A stretch of 64,000 nucleotides of DNA from an uncultured virus (IMG/VR IMGVR_UViG_3300034358_000003) (taxonomy: Duplodnaviria > Heunggongvirae > Uroviricota > Caudoviricetes). Under the pieces are notes generated by a model. That model saw only the letters and a list, made by a program, of their open reading frames with translations, did no database searches and was not told where the DNA came from. Below are positions 17,236 through 26,309 of the stretch, piece after piece. Position numbers and translations under genes: made by a program. The stretch lies in the IMG/VR virus record IMGVR_UViG_3300034358_000003; one strand, 5' to 3'. Position 1 is the first letter of the stretch, and every line of letters begins with the position of its first letter.

Positions 17236-17645
17236 GCTTTCTTACCTCCATCAGCCAATCGGGCTTCAATTTTGTGGTCTGCACGTTCTGCATTGTAATA
17301 CAGCTTGGCGATGATCGCACCAGACAAATCCCAACCTTCGTGTCCAGCAAGGTCGAATGCTCGGATGATGGCATCTGCCAGTTCAACCTCAGCCATTGGA
17401 CGATCTTTCAAGTGGTCATCCATCAAGCCTTTGCGAACACCCTCAACAGCTTCAGACACTTCTGAGTGAACCAGTGCAAGCTTGGACAACACCAAGGTTA
17501 CATCACCTTTAGGGTGAGCAACGCCTGTCTGGATGTTCTTCCACCAGCCAGCATCCACGTTACCACGATAGATGATCTGTTGCAAGTGGGTCAGCGAATC
17601 CATGATCTGTGCTACTTCAAATATTTCTGCGTTGTTAATACTCAA
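17232..17645 (-). CDS. MazG-like NTP pyrophosphohydrolase
   Basis: LVHSEVSEAVEG..EVELADAIIR..AKLYYNAER; TTG start after AAGGAG. Confidence 0.85.
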   Translation of the reverse strand: MSINNAEIFEVAQIMDSLTHLQQIIYRGNVDAGWWKNIQTGVAHPKGDVTLVLSKLALVHSEVSEAVEGVRKGLMDDHLKDRPMAEVELADAIIRAFDLAGHEGWDLSGAIIAKLYYNAERADHKIEARLADGGKKA

Positions 17646-17656
17646 TGTGTTCTCCT

Positions 17657-17869
17657 TTATTTGTTGTACCAATGTACGTGCGTTGCACCTTTCTCTTGGG
17701 CTTCGTGCACAGGGATACTCCAAACACCCAAGTCGAAGCTGTAGGCGTTTTCGGTTCCGTAGAAGCCACTGCCGTCGTCTGGAATGAAAGCACCACAGAC
17801 GACAGCTCCAGCAAACTCTTTGACAGTAAAGAGGTCGCCATACTCATCCTTCTCTTGATCGAACATCAC
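17657..17869 (-). CDS. hypothetical phage protein
   Basis: FIPDDGSG..ATHVHWYNK; RBS. Confidence 0.75.
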   Translation of the reverse strand: MMFDQEKDEYGDLFTVKEFAGAVVCGAFIPDDGSGFYGTENAYSFDLGVWSIPVHEAQEKGATHVHWYNK

Positions 17870-17878
17870 AGCTCCTTA

Positions 17879-18064
17879 TCAGCAGTTAGACGAAGCCCAG
17901 CCGTACTGTGGCTCGTATTCGGCAGTGACGTTGTAGTTGCGGCCACCTTCCAGCTCCAGATCAAACGGAATGCTGTATTCATCCGACAGAGTGCGTGCCT
18001 CAGCGTGAAGCTCTTGAATGCGATCAAGAATGGTTGCGATGCGATCTGCTGCGTATTGCGACAT
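17879..18064 (-). CDS. WxSSxC-tail family protein (minimal member)
   Basis: Ends GWASSNC. Confidence 0.8.
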   Translation of the reverse strand: MSQYAADRIATILDRIQELHAEARTLSDEYSIPFDLELEGGRNYNVTAEYEPQYGWASSNC

Positions 18065-18066
18065 GA

Positions 18067-18300
18067 TTACTCTCCTTTAACGTCTTTGATGGTTGCGAAA
18101 GTGTAACCCTTGTTGCCATCAACAATCAAGGGAAATGTGCGGAAACCTAACATGCCGATTTCTTCCAGCTTGTCCATCAGGTCTTCCATTGTGTAATCTT
18201 GGTCGAGCACCTTGTAGGTGAACTCAATGTTGCGAGACTTTAGCACAGCTTTGGACTGTTCGCAAGACCCACATTGTGTTTTTCCGTAAATCGTTACCAT
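18067..18300 (-). CDS. glutaredoxin/NrdH-like redoxin
   Basis: IYGKTQCGSC and RTFPLI; close to nrdAB. Confidence 0.9.
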   Translation of the reverse strand: MVTIYGKTQCGSCEQSKAVLKSRNIEFTYKVLDQDYTMEDLMDKLEEIGMLGFRTFPLIVDGNKGYTFATIKDVKGE

Positions 18301-18440
18301 TAATAGTGTTCCTCATCGTCAACAAATGGATATTCATCGTCCCAATCATCACTTCCACCTTCGTCAGATTGGTCAGCACCGCACTCAGGACAAATCACTT
18401 CTTCCCAGTCTACACGTTCACCGCAGTCCCAGCAATACAT
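18300..18440 (-). CDS. 46-aa zinc-ribbon protein with acidic tail
   Basis: MYCWDCGERVDWEEVICPECGADQSDEGGSDDWDDEYPFVDDEEHY; TAATG coupling on both sides. Confidence 0.7.
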   Translation of the reverse strand: MYCWDCGERVDWEEVICPECGADQSDEGGSDDWDDEYPFVDDEEHY

Positions 18441-18634
18441 TATTGTACCCTCCCTTCCAGTTTGTCAATGCGTTTCTGCATACGCTTGATTTTGTCTTCA
18501 AGCTTCTCTACATCCTTTGCCAGAACCCACCGGCCGGTTTCGTCTTCGTAGCTCACAAGATCATGATACTCGTCGCCATCGTAGATTCCGCCAGCATAAC
18601 TAGTTTCGATCTTTACTGTGTGCCTTTTGAGCAT
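18440..18634 (-). CDS. hypothetical protein with coiled-coil C-terminus
   Basis: Start MLKRH. Confidence 0.65.
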   Translation of the reverse strand: MLKRHTVKIETSYAGGIYDGDEYHDLVSYEDETGRWVLAKDVEKLEDKIKRMQKRIDKLEGRVQ

Positions 18635-18677
18635 GAAAAATCCCTCGCTACCGTTTCTGATAGGAGGGATTCTACTC

Positions 18678-19037
18678 TTAGGCTGGGAGGCCGTCAAGCC
18701 CTTTTTGATAAGCATCGAAAGCAATTCGTGTCACGGCTTGTGTGTATGCACGTGTCACTAGGTCTTTCGTCAGAGCTTGGCTGTTGAAAGCGATAAGCTC
18801 CGCACCCATTTCAGTCTCAAACTGCCCTTGAAGGGTAGCCAGATTCTCAAGGTCACGTGTGTCCTCAGCGGTATCAAGGAAGGTAGCGTAGACGCGATCC
18901 TGAGCCGGTGTGAGGTGAATGGTGAAGTCAGGTGCAACGGTATCGCCACTCAGGACAAGAGTCGCCCCAGTGTTGTCTACAGTCGTCACAAGGCTACCAC
19001 CAGTTGCAAGCACGGTTGTGTTAATTGCAGGTGTCAT
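18678..19037 (-). CDS. hypothetical protein
   Basis: GGAG RBS; 119 aa. Confidence 0.7.
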   Translation of the reverse strand: MTPAINTTVLATGGSLVTTVDNTGATLVLSGDTVAPDFTIHLTPAQDRVYATFLDTAEDTRDLENLATLQGQFETEMGAELIAFNSQALTKDLVTRAYTQAVTRIAFDAYQKGLDGLPA

Positions 19038-19096
19038 TTCATTTCTCCATTAAAATGGGGCGTTGCCGCCCCTTATGCCGTTATTGGCAAACCAGT

Positions 19097-20827
19097 TTAC
19101 TGACAAACTTCACAAATCTCAATACGGGTGATTTCACCAGCCCCGCGCATACTGTAAATGTAATACAGCGACAGGATGTTTGGATCGTTGAATGCGATAC
19201 GGTGAATCTTGCCGATGTATTCTGGTGTATCGTTAGAGGTAAAGTACAGGTTAATACTTTGCCCTTGATCGATCCACTGTTGACGTTGAGAGCATAGACG
19301 CAAGTGATCTTCCATTGGAATCTCAAAAGCTGTTCTGTATACGGCCTTCTCAGAGTCTGTCAACCAATCCACAAACTGGACACTACCTTTGTGCTTGTTC
19401 ATATCCTGAACACATTGGTTAATATCCAACCCTTTACGTTTGATCAGTTCCAACAACACTTTGTTGATGCGGAAGAACTCACCACCAGCAGATTGTTTGG
19501 TGAAGCACATGGCAACATCCAAACCAACACCCTCAGAAGCTCCTGCCATCAACTCAGCGGTCGATTTGGTAGGTGGCATCATCAGCATTGTGGCGTTACG
19601 TTGATTAAGCCCTACGCAGCCGTCAGGCTCTCCCAGAGTTACAGCCAGCCAAGAGTTGGCAGCGGTAGCATCTTTAAAGATTCCACGGAACACTTTGGTG
19701 TTCAACATCATTGCTTCCATGCTCGAAACAGACAACATCTCAGTCTGCAACAGAGTGTGGAAACCTAGAACGCCACTACCCAAGGCACGGAAGTCTTTGG
19801 TGAACTTATAAATCTTCTGCATGGCACGCTTATCCATCGGCGTCATTTCATCCATGCACTCCAGATACTCGGAGATGTTGCAGTCACTCATAACTTGACC
19901 AACAAACACCAAGTGCTCAGGCCAGCTACGGTAAAGTTCCAAGTTGTAGTTCAGGATTACACAACTGAATGTGTACTCATGGTTTGCTGGCAAGTTTGTC
20001 TCTTGGCAAAGGTTGCTCGCTCTTGCACGCAGACCAGCACGTTTGAATGCTTTAGCCAGTTTGCGGTTCATCTTATCAATGAACGAGAAGTATCCTTTAC
20101 CACGTGGCATCTTAATGCCCAGCATCTTAGCAAACTTGCGAAGTGCTTCTGGGTCTTCAGCGTTCATCTGGTCTGTGAACTCATCGTCAATCAACCAGCC
20201 AACATTGTTACTCTCTGTGCGTTCGTATAGGAAGTCTGCAACTTTATCGAAGTCACCATGTTGCGGACGCAGGCTATAAGCACAGCTACCACGTCGTGGA
20301 CCTTGAGCCACTTCTTCCATAACGTTGATGATGTCTCTTACCAGTGGCATAAGCCCCTGTGAGCGTCCACCACGAATCTTGTCACCCTCAGCAGGCCAGT
20401 CATCAAGGCAGTATGAAGTGCCGTGGCTGTGCTTCGTCAGGATGGCAGCTTCTGTCAGGAAGTCATAACGGTCAAACAGGTTGTTACCAACGTTACCACC
20501 AGCACAACTTACAGTGGTTCCGCGTTTACGGATACCGCCGTTTGCCAGCAATGGTGTAGAAGGACTGATAAAGCCATCCCACATCGTTTGGAAGAACGCA
20601 TCTTCCCAAGTCTTACTCGCCCAGTAAGGGTTTGTATTCCACCATTCAGGATACACTTCAGGAGCGTGCTTCGCCATAGCTTGAGCTACAGTACGGAAAC
20701 GACTCTTAACAGTTTCGTTGTTGTACGAGTATTTGTCGTAGAACAACTGGATTCCCCCGGTAGTGTACCACGGTGGGCACACTCCATCTTCAATTTGTTG
20801 CTTTCTTAGTGTGCTGTAGTCGATCAC
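19097..20827 (-). CDS. nrdA: ribonucleotide reductase class I alpha subunit (compact, no ATP cone)
   Basis: SPSTP, VSC, SNLCQE (NxCxE), PTKST, DQGQSINL, SLYY and C-terminal CEVC. Confidence 0.95.
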   Translation of the reverse strand: MIDYSTLRKQQIEDGVCPPWYTTGGIQLFYDKYSYNNETVKSRFRTVAQAMAKHAPEVYPEWWNTNPYWASKTWEDAFFQTMWDGFISPSTPLLANGGIRKRGTTVSCAGGNVGNNLFDRYDFLTEAAILTKHSHGTSYCLDDWPAEGDKIRGGRSQGLMPLVRDIINVMEEVAQGPRRGSCAYSLRPQHGDFDKVADFLYERTESNNVGWLIDDEFTDQMNAEDPEALRKFAKMLGIKMPRGKGYFSFIDKMNRKLAKAFKRAGLRARASNLCQETNLPANHEYTFSCVILNYNLELYRSWPEHLVFVGQVMSDCNISEYLECMDEMTPMDKRAMQKIYKFTKDFRALGSGVLGFHTLLQTEMLSVSSMEAMMLNTKVFRGIFKDATAANSWLAVTLGEPDGCVGLNQRNATMLMMPPTKSTAELMAGASEGVGLDVAMCFTKQSAGGEFFRINKVLLELIKRKGLDINQCVQDMNKHKGSVQFVDWLTDSEKAVYRTAFEIPMEDHLRLCSQRQQWIDQGQSINLYFTSNDTPEYIGKIHRIAFNDPNILSLYYIYSMRGAGEITRIEICEVCQ

Positions 20828-21879
20828 TCAATTTCTCCTGTTTCAATATAACCACGAATAAAGCCAGATTCGTCCCAGCCACTTTCATACTCCATACCCA
20901 TACCCGGAGTAAAGAAGTCAACCATTTTGTACGAGTCAGTGCCCAATTCAAACCACTTAGTGATAGGAGAAGTTGCTTCAGGGAAAGGCAAGTCCAGTCC
21001 AATGCGTTCGGCAAACACGTTCAATCTTACTTTGATGTAGTTCTTGAAGTCCTCTTTAGTCATGCCATTGAGTGTGTCTTCAAGGAATGCAAGATCAATG
21101 ATCAGACATTCATGCTCGTATGCGTATTGAATCGCCTTGTAAATCTGCTCAACTCTTACAGTGTCCTCACGTAGAGGCTTGCCCAACTCTTTGTAGTGTT
21201 GGTTGATTGCCCAAGCAGCAGCAAACCCATGCAAGTCTTCGTCAATAGCAGACTGGTTAGTGCCACGAACAACTACTGGAAGTTTGTTATAGCCGTTAGA
21301 TTGGAAGCTCTTCAGGATTGCAAAGCTAGCAAACAAGAGTGCAGTCTCAGTCATCGAGAATACGATAACAGAAAGCAACTTGTCTTCACCAGTCAATACT
21401 TTCTCAAGCCACTCAACACGTGCAGCCAATTCAGGGTTGGCAGCGTATGCACGGTAATCTTCGTCTTTATCCAGACCAAGTTGTACATTAAGTTGGTTGT
21501 AGAAGCGGGCATGTACTTGCAACTCGAAAGCAGCAAATGCAGCAGCCATTGCTTTAGCTTCAGGAGTTGGGAACACCTTGATGAACAAGTTACCCCAGAA
21601 CTCTTCACCAACAATCATCTCGTACTTGAGGAATAGTTGGAGTACAAACTTAACAGCGTGAAGTTGTGCAGGTGTTAGGTCGAACAGAAGTTGCATACGA
21701 TCTAGTTCAACTTTCATTTCTGTGTTTGTCCAGAATTGTTTGTCAAACTGTTGGTCTGCGAACTCAAAGAATTGTGGGTAGATGGTAGCATAACTATCTG
21801 TTTCAGTCATGATACGTGTCTTTGCGTTAAAGTCGAACGGTAGCCCCATTACTACCGCTTCTTGTTCAAATCCTTGCAT
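20824..21879 (-). CDS. nrdB: ribonucleotide reductase beta subunit
   Basis: FWTNTE, ELQVHARFY, ETALLFASF, DEDLH, DFF. Confidence 0.93.
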   Translation of the reverse strand: MQGFEQEAVVMGLPFDFNAKTRIMTETDSYATIYPQFFEFADQQFDKQFWTNTEMKVELDRMQLLFDLTPAQLHAVKFVLQLFLKYEMIVGEEFWGNLFIKVFPTPEAKAMAAAFAAFELQVHARFYNQLNVQLGLDKDEDYRAYAANPELAARVEWLEKVLTGEDKLLSVIVFSMTETALLFASFAILKSFQSNGYNKLPVVVRGTNQSAIDEDLHGFAAAWAINQHYKELGKPLREDTVRVEQIYKAIQYAYEHECLIIDLAFLEDTLNGMTKEDFKNYIKVRLNVFAERIGLDLPFPEATSPITKWFELGTDSYKMVDFFTPGMGMEYESGWDESGFIRGYIETGEIE

Positions 21880-21881
21880 TG

Positions 21882-22226
21882 TTATTCCTGAATGTCAGTT
21901 GGAGATAGGGTGCCTTGATAGTTCATCTGACGCAACGTGTGACGCAAGCTCTTATCTTTGGTGGCTTCAATCTGAGCCTCCATACTTGCACATCCAGTTG
22001 CCAGCCAAGCCTTGTCAGTACGTTCGAAACCTTCAACACGAATTCCGTAGTATTCGATGTTGTTGATTGTTCTGTGGTTGCAAGCTACAAGCTCATAACC
22101 CAAGTCCACTTCAAAGCCGTTCGTCTGTAGGATTGCTTCGAATACTTTCTTGTTTTGTGTCTCGTATGCCTCTTTAAAGCCATCAACCATCATCAGGTCG
22201 TGGAAACTCAGTGCGTAATCAGCCAT
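21882..22226 (-). CDS. hypothetical phage protein
   Basis: Coupled between thyX and nrdB. Confidence 0.8.
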   Translation of the reverse strand: MADYALSFHDLMMVDGFKEAYETQNKKVFEAILQTNGFEVDLGYELVACNHRTINNIEYYGIRVEGFERTDKAWLATGCASMEAQIEATKDKSLRHTLRQMNYQGTLSPTDIQE

Positions 22227-23209
22227 TATTTAGCCTCGTATTTAGTGCAAACGTTATTCGGAATCAGTTGGCGGTGTTGAATCCAACCGATGAAATTGCC
22301 AGACCAGAGGTTGCCCGCACGGTCGATGTGTGTGATACCTTGTTCCCAGCTACCGACATACCAACCATCGTTAAGAGGTTCAATGTGGTCTTTGCTGTCG
22401 AAACCAGTGTTGTCTCCCAAGACAACATCATTGATTGGCGTGGCTTGGTGTTCAAATGGGCTGGCATGTACCGGCTCACTGTCCACAAGGCGCTTATACA
22501 CCATCTGGGCCTTCTCAAGCGTGTCATCCAGCTTACGGTAGCTCACTTGAGCACAGCAGCTAGAGGAGATTACCAGAGCGTTTGCAAGAGTGTGTCCAAA
22601 GCGGTCAACAGCAATGACAGGGCTCACTTCAAGGTTGTGCGAATGAATCCAAGCACCATCATTGTAGTAAGGAACGTGCCAGTCACCCGGATTCAACTTG
22701 TTAGGCGTACTCGCCTGAAGAGCTTCCCACATCAGGCGAGCAAGCTCTTTGATTTCAGGTTGGGCGTCTTCATGGTTACGCAGCCAAAAGAAGTTGTCCA
22801 TACAAGTTGCTGTCATGACAGTTTTCATTGTCTGGAATGGTTCAAGGATACGGTTTGTTGCTTGCTTGTGCAGGCCAATCTTTACTAGTTGTTCAGCGAA
22901 GAACGCAGCAGAGTTTGCTGCCTGTTTCCACACATACTTAGCCGATGTTGTCAAGGCGCGACTTAGGACGTTAGCAGCTTGCATACCCGCTTGGTTTTGT
23001 CCCCAATGGATTGGCATAGCTGGGTCGTTTCTAACTTGGTCTATGATCGTAGCGACAGGGATAGCCCGCGAAGAAGCAGCATTACGTGAGAACAGACGAT
23101 GAGTTAGAAACTCAGCATGGATAAACCTTTGGTATTGTAGCTCCCATGTGACAATTTGTTGCCCGTTCGGGGCGATAGAGTGTGCGATAATCTTTGCAGT
23201 GATGGTCAT
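22226..23209 (-). CDS. thyX: flavin-dependent thymidylate synthase
   Basis: HAEFLTHRLFSRNAASSRAIP and HASPFEHQA. Confidence 0.9.
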   Translation of the reverse strand: MTITAKIIAHSIAPNGQQIVTWELQYQRFIHAEFLTHRLFSRNAASSRAIPVATIIDQVRNDPAMPIHWGQNQAGMQAANVLSRALTTSAKYVWKQAANSAAFFAEQLVKIGLHKQATNRILEPFQTMKTVMTATCMDNFFWLRNHEDAQPEIKELARLMWEALQASTPNKLNPGDWHVPYYNDGAWIHSHNLEVSPVIAVDRFGHTLANALVISSSCCAQVSYRKLDDTLEKAQMVYKRLVDSEPVHASPFEHQATPINDVVLGDNTGFDSKDHIEPLNDGWYVGSWEQGITHIDRAGNLWSGNFIGWIQHRQLIPNNVCTKYEAK

Positions 23210-23637
23210 TTAGTCCTCCCTAATCTTGCAGAGTTACAACTCATACAAGCCATTTCAATATTAGAAGCGGAATGTGCCCCGCCTTCATTTAATTCCACCA
23301 CATGCTCTAGTGTCCTGTCTTCTTCATCTACGAAGAGTCCACACCAATAACAGTTCATGCGGCTATATAATTCTTTCAGAAACTTGTCAGTTACAGTTCC
23401 ATCATCGGTTGCTTTGATGTTAGACCTCCTGTTGAACTGGTGAATTCTGTGGGCAGCTTTCCACCTTTCAGGATGTCGTGCCCTGTATCTTGCTGTAGCC
23501 TCTCTGGCCCTATCTTTGTTCCTGTATTTATCTGCGAAGCATGGTCTACAGTACGCTGCGACTCCGTGTGTGCCCCGCTTTGCTGGGGAGAATTCTGTAA
23601 GCTCCTTCTCAACCTTGCAGTGTCTGCATTCTTTCAA
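23206..23637 (-). CDS. HNH homing endonuclease
   Basis: CRHC zinc motif; CYWC..TLEHVVEL..GGAHSASNIEMACMSCN. Confidence 0.85.
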   Translation of the reverse strand: MKECRHCKVEKELTEFSPAKRGTHGVAAYCRPCFADKYRNKDRAREATARYRARHPERWKAAHRIHQFNRRSNIKATDDGTVTDKFLKELYSRMNCYWCGLFVDEEDRTLEHVVELNEGGAHSASNIEMACMSCNSARLGRTK

Positions 23638-23656
23638 TAATCCTCCTTATAAGACA

Positions 23657-23685
23657 AAGGGAAACCTTTTAACGGGTTTCCCTTA
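23657..23685 (-). terminator. hairpin/terminator
   Basis: AAGGGAAACC..GGTTTCCCTT. Confidence 0.65.
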
Positions 23686-23715
23686 ATTAAGTGTTATTGC
23701 CTGTGTAGGAGGTTA

Positions 23716-24360
23716 TTATACCCCGACTTGCGGACGTGAGTCAACAAATTTTCCACGCAACATCAACTCTAGTTGAGCCAGAACACCAAAGGCTTCGTGA
23801 GCCTTGTGGAGCAAGCCACTCTCACCATCAACACAATCAACAATATCGAAGTCGTCTACAACACGTTGCTTGATATGGTCTGTACGGTGACGGCTTGCAG
23901 CCGCTGCCAACGCAATCTCAGCGTTAGGGAGGTTCTGCCAGTCGTGGTCTTTGTAACCCTTGGCAGTCTGTGCCCAAGTCATCACGTGTGCAACTTCACG
24001 CAGAGCGAGTGGGAAACCATCATCAACCAACTCTACACGAATCTTACCAACTTTGCGAGTCTCCAGTTCAGGACGATACACACCAAGTTCTTCAGCAGGA
24101 CGTGTGGTCTGTTCTTTGGCTGGCTTGACAATCAGCGGATGTTGCGTCACCTCAACAACACCAACTTCACCCTCTTCAAAGAATTCGAAAGCTCCGTTGT
24201 TGCCGTAGAAGTAGGCTACGCTAATCGTGTCGTCTCTATAAGCCACTCGACGTACAAGAGGTGTTCCCGCATCGAGGTGTCCGTATTGTTTCAGCAGTAT
24301 GGCGGCAGAGCCGTCAGGTTGTGCCAACATTTCATCAATGGTTAGTGCTCTCACGCTCAT
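23716..24360 (-). CDS. dATP/dGTP diphosphohydrolase-domain protein (DUF5664-like)
   Basis: GKIRVELV..ALREVAHVMTW..KGY..DW..RH..DGESGLLHKAH. Confidence 0.75.
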   Translation of the reverse strand: MSVRALTIDEMLAQPDGSAAILLKQYGHLDAGTPLVRRVAYRDDTISVAYFYGNNGAFEFFEEGEVGVVEVTQHPLIVKPAKEQTTRPAEELGVYRPELETRKVGKIRVELVDDGFPLALREVAHVMTWAQTAKGYKDHDWQNLPNAEIALAAAASRHRTDHIKQRVVDDFDIVDCVDGESGLLHKAHEAFGVLAQLELMLRGKFVDSRPQVGV

Positions 24361-24554
24361 TCATCTTTCTCCAAAACTGCGGTGATTGGTTCGTCCAGTT
24401 CAAGTGCATCCTCAAGGATAGCCTTTGCAGTTGCAATCTTGATCAACAGGATCATCAGTTTTTCAGGTGTGTCCCCATGATCGTTCAGAAGTCCTTGAAC
24501 GAACTTGTAAAGCTCTTCAGGACTCACCAAGTCCATTGCATTCACTGTGCTCAT
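24357..24554 (-). CDS. hypothetical helical protein
   Basis: ATGA-coupled. Confidence 0.7.
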   Translation of the reverse strand: MSTVNAMDLVSPEELYKFVQGLLNDHGDTPEKLMILLIKIATAKAILEDALELDEPITAVLEKDE

Positions 24555-24712
24555 ACTTGAGCCTCCAGAGTGCTCTCAATGCCCAGAAGGATCACCTTGA
24601 GGACATCTACTGCCAGCTCAGGATCATCTGGGAAACGATCTTGCAGGATGTCGAGAACATCGAATGCTGCCGTGGCTTGTTCAACGCTCAGTTTGAATTG
24701 TGGTTGTGTCAT
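24551..24712 (-). CDS. 53-aa helical protein
   Basis: MTQPQFKLSVEQATAAFDVLDILQDRFPDDPELAVDVLKVILLGIESTLEAQV; AAGGAG RBS. Confidence 0.65.
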   Translation of the reverse strand: MTQPQFKLSVEQATAAFDVLDILQDRFPDDPELAVDVLKVILLGIESTLEAQV

Positions 24713-24929
24713 TTGTCACTCCTTTCTCATTAAGTTTATTGAAATAGCGGCGGATCGTGTAACCACGTCCAATACTCCACACTGTACAGCCAACAGTGGC
24801 GACAGTCGCGGAGATTACAGGGTTTGACCACAGAGACAAGCAGCCCATCGTTATGAGCCAACTTCCCACCATGCCGACGCCTGTGTTCGTCATTGTCTCT
24901 TTGAGAGACTGTTTCTTACTTTGTGCCAT
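24681..24929 (-). CDS. small membrane protein (DUF7220-like)
   Basis: MAQSKKQSLKET..two TM segments..SIGRGYTIRRYFN. Confidence 0.7.
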   Translation of the reverse strand: MAQSKKQSLKETMTNTGVGMVGSWLITMGCLSLWSNPVISATVATVGCTVWSIGRGYTIRRYFNKLNEKGVTNDTTTIQTER

Positions 24930-24979
24930 ATAATCCTCCAATGAAAGAGGGGCCATCTTACGACAGCCCCTATTCAATG

Positions 24980-25753
24980 TCAAGCGTATTTTTTGGTCAA
25001 GAAGTCCAGCGAGACAGGGCATGGCAAGCCAAAACCGTCCTCTACTTCATTCAGCACCATGATGCCACGGAAGTGTTGGTTTCCTTGGTGGCCTTTGTAC
25101 GCTTCATCGTGAGGATAGCACGCACCGTTGATAATGCCAATACGGTATTTACCATCAAGTTGGTTATCAGCAATGGCAATATCCAGCACTTGCTTGTGTC
25201 CAACCACGAAAGAAGAGCCTACAGCCTTCAGTTGTGCAGCAGCGTTACCAGCACGTGGACGACCGTTCATTGGGTTAACCAGATAGTGGACGTAGTAGAT
25301 ACCGTCAATGCACACTGGTTTCAAGTAAGGGGCCACTTCCCAACCGTATTGCTCCAGACCGAGTGTAGCCAAGCCAACAAGGCCGTACAACTCTGGATTG
25401 TCGTTGGCGTAACGGTCAAACCGATCTTCGTGATTCCCCGGACAAAATACCATCTTAGGGCTGTAAACCTTTTTCTTGTTGGCACGTTGTTGCTCCTGTA
25501 GTGCGATGATTGGTTTCATCAGTCTGATCATACCGTCGTGACCAGCTTTAACGTCATCAATAACACGGCGCCCTTCCATCACTTTCTTGCCTTTGTCATA
25601 ACTGGACAAACTTGGGAAGTCCCAGTGGTCGCCAATATGGACAACAACTTCAGGACGCTTGTCAGCGATGTACTGACCAATATAACCCATGTAAGCCAAG
25701 TCTTCTTCTGGCTTAGCTTGTGTGTCCGCGATGATAATGTGTTTACGACTCAT
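24980..25753 (-). CDS. calcineurin-like metallophosphoesterase
   Basis: ADTQ, HIGDHWD, GNHEDR, VGHKQ. Confidence 0.9.
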   Translation of the reverse strand: MSRKHIIIADTQAKPEEDLAYMGYIGQYIADKRPEVVVHIGDHWDFPSLSSYDKGKKVMEGRRVIDDVKAGHDGMIRLMKPIIALQEQQRANKKKVYSPKMVFCPGNHEDRFDRYANDNPELYGLVGLATLGLEQYGWEVAPYLKPVCIDGIYYVHYLVNPMNGRPRAGNAAAQLKAVGSSFVVGHKQVLDIAIADNQLDGKYRIGIINGACYPHDEAYKGHQGNQHFRGIMVLNEVEDGFGLPCPVSLDFLTKKYA

Positions 25754-26079
25754 TTAACCTCCTTTGGTGCCCATAGTTTGGCGAATTTCAATACGTTTGG
25801 AACTGCGTCAGACTCGACTGGCAGAACAATTAAGCAACTACCTTTGCCGTCACAGATGGTATTCTCATGACCTTCCCAGTGATTCAATGTTGTCTTGATT
25901 TTGTCGTACTCTTTACGGTTCACGCGAAGAGTCACCTTACGGAAGGAATTATGAAACCAATCTCCGTAGTCAGAATCAGTTTTGAATACAGTGTGAGCAT
26001 TCAAGATGCTGTGTGCTACCAGAGTCGGCACCATGTAATCTGGTGCCTCATCCAGAACAGCGATGTACATTTTCTTCAT
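25750..26079 (-). CDS. peptidyl-tRNA hydrolase type 2-like protein
   Basis: KMYIAV..VAHS..W..FRKVTLRV resembles the Pth2 pattern. Confidence 0.55.
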   Translation of the reverse strand: MKKMYIAVLDEAPDYMVPTLVAHSILNAHTVFKTDSDYGDWFHNSFRKVTLRVNRKEYDKIKTTLNHWEGHENTICDGKGSCLIVLPVESDAVPNVLKFAKLWAPKEVK

Positions 26080-26309
26080 ACCAGAGTCACCTTGACATGT
26101 TGTCCAGTTGAGTCAACAGAGATGCAGACAACAAGATCACCAAGAACCTGCTCAAATGCCCTGTGGCATTGATACTCTAGTTCGTGGATACCTAATCCAG
26201 TGTTTGTGAACTTAGCACCAAGTGAAATTAGGTTGAAGATGTAGGATGCAACTGCGTTGGTCAACTGGTCTTCCATGTTCTTCGTGCTAACTGAGAAATA
26301 GTTGTTCAT
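26076..26309 (-). CDS. hypothetical protein
   Basis: ATGA-coupled. Confidence 0.65.
   Translation of the reverse strand: MNNYFSVSTKNMEDQLTNAVASYIFNLISLGAKFTNTGLGIHELEYQCHRAFEQVLGDLVVCISVDSTGQHVKVTLV

Noticed and set aside
23716..24360. Z-genome (2-aminoadenine) or other base-modification pathway suggested by DUF5664-like and MazG-like genes
   Set aside because: No PurZ, queuosine-pathway or glycosyltransferase genes are visible in the window, and these pyrophosphatases are common in phages with unmodified DNA
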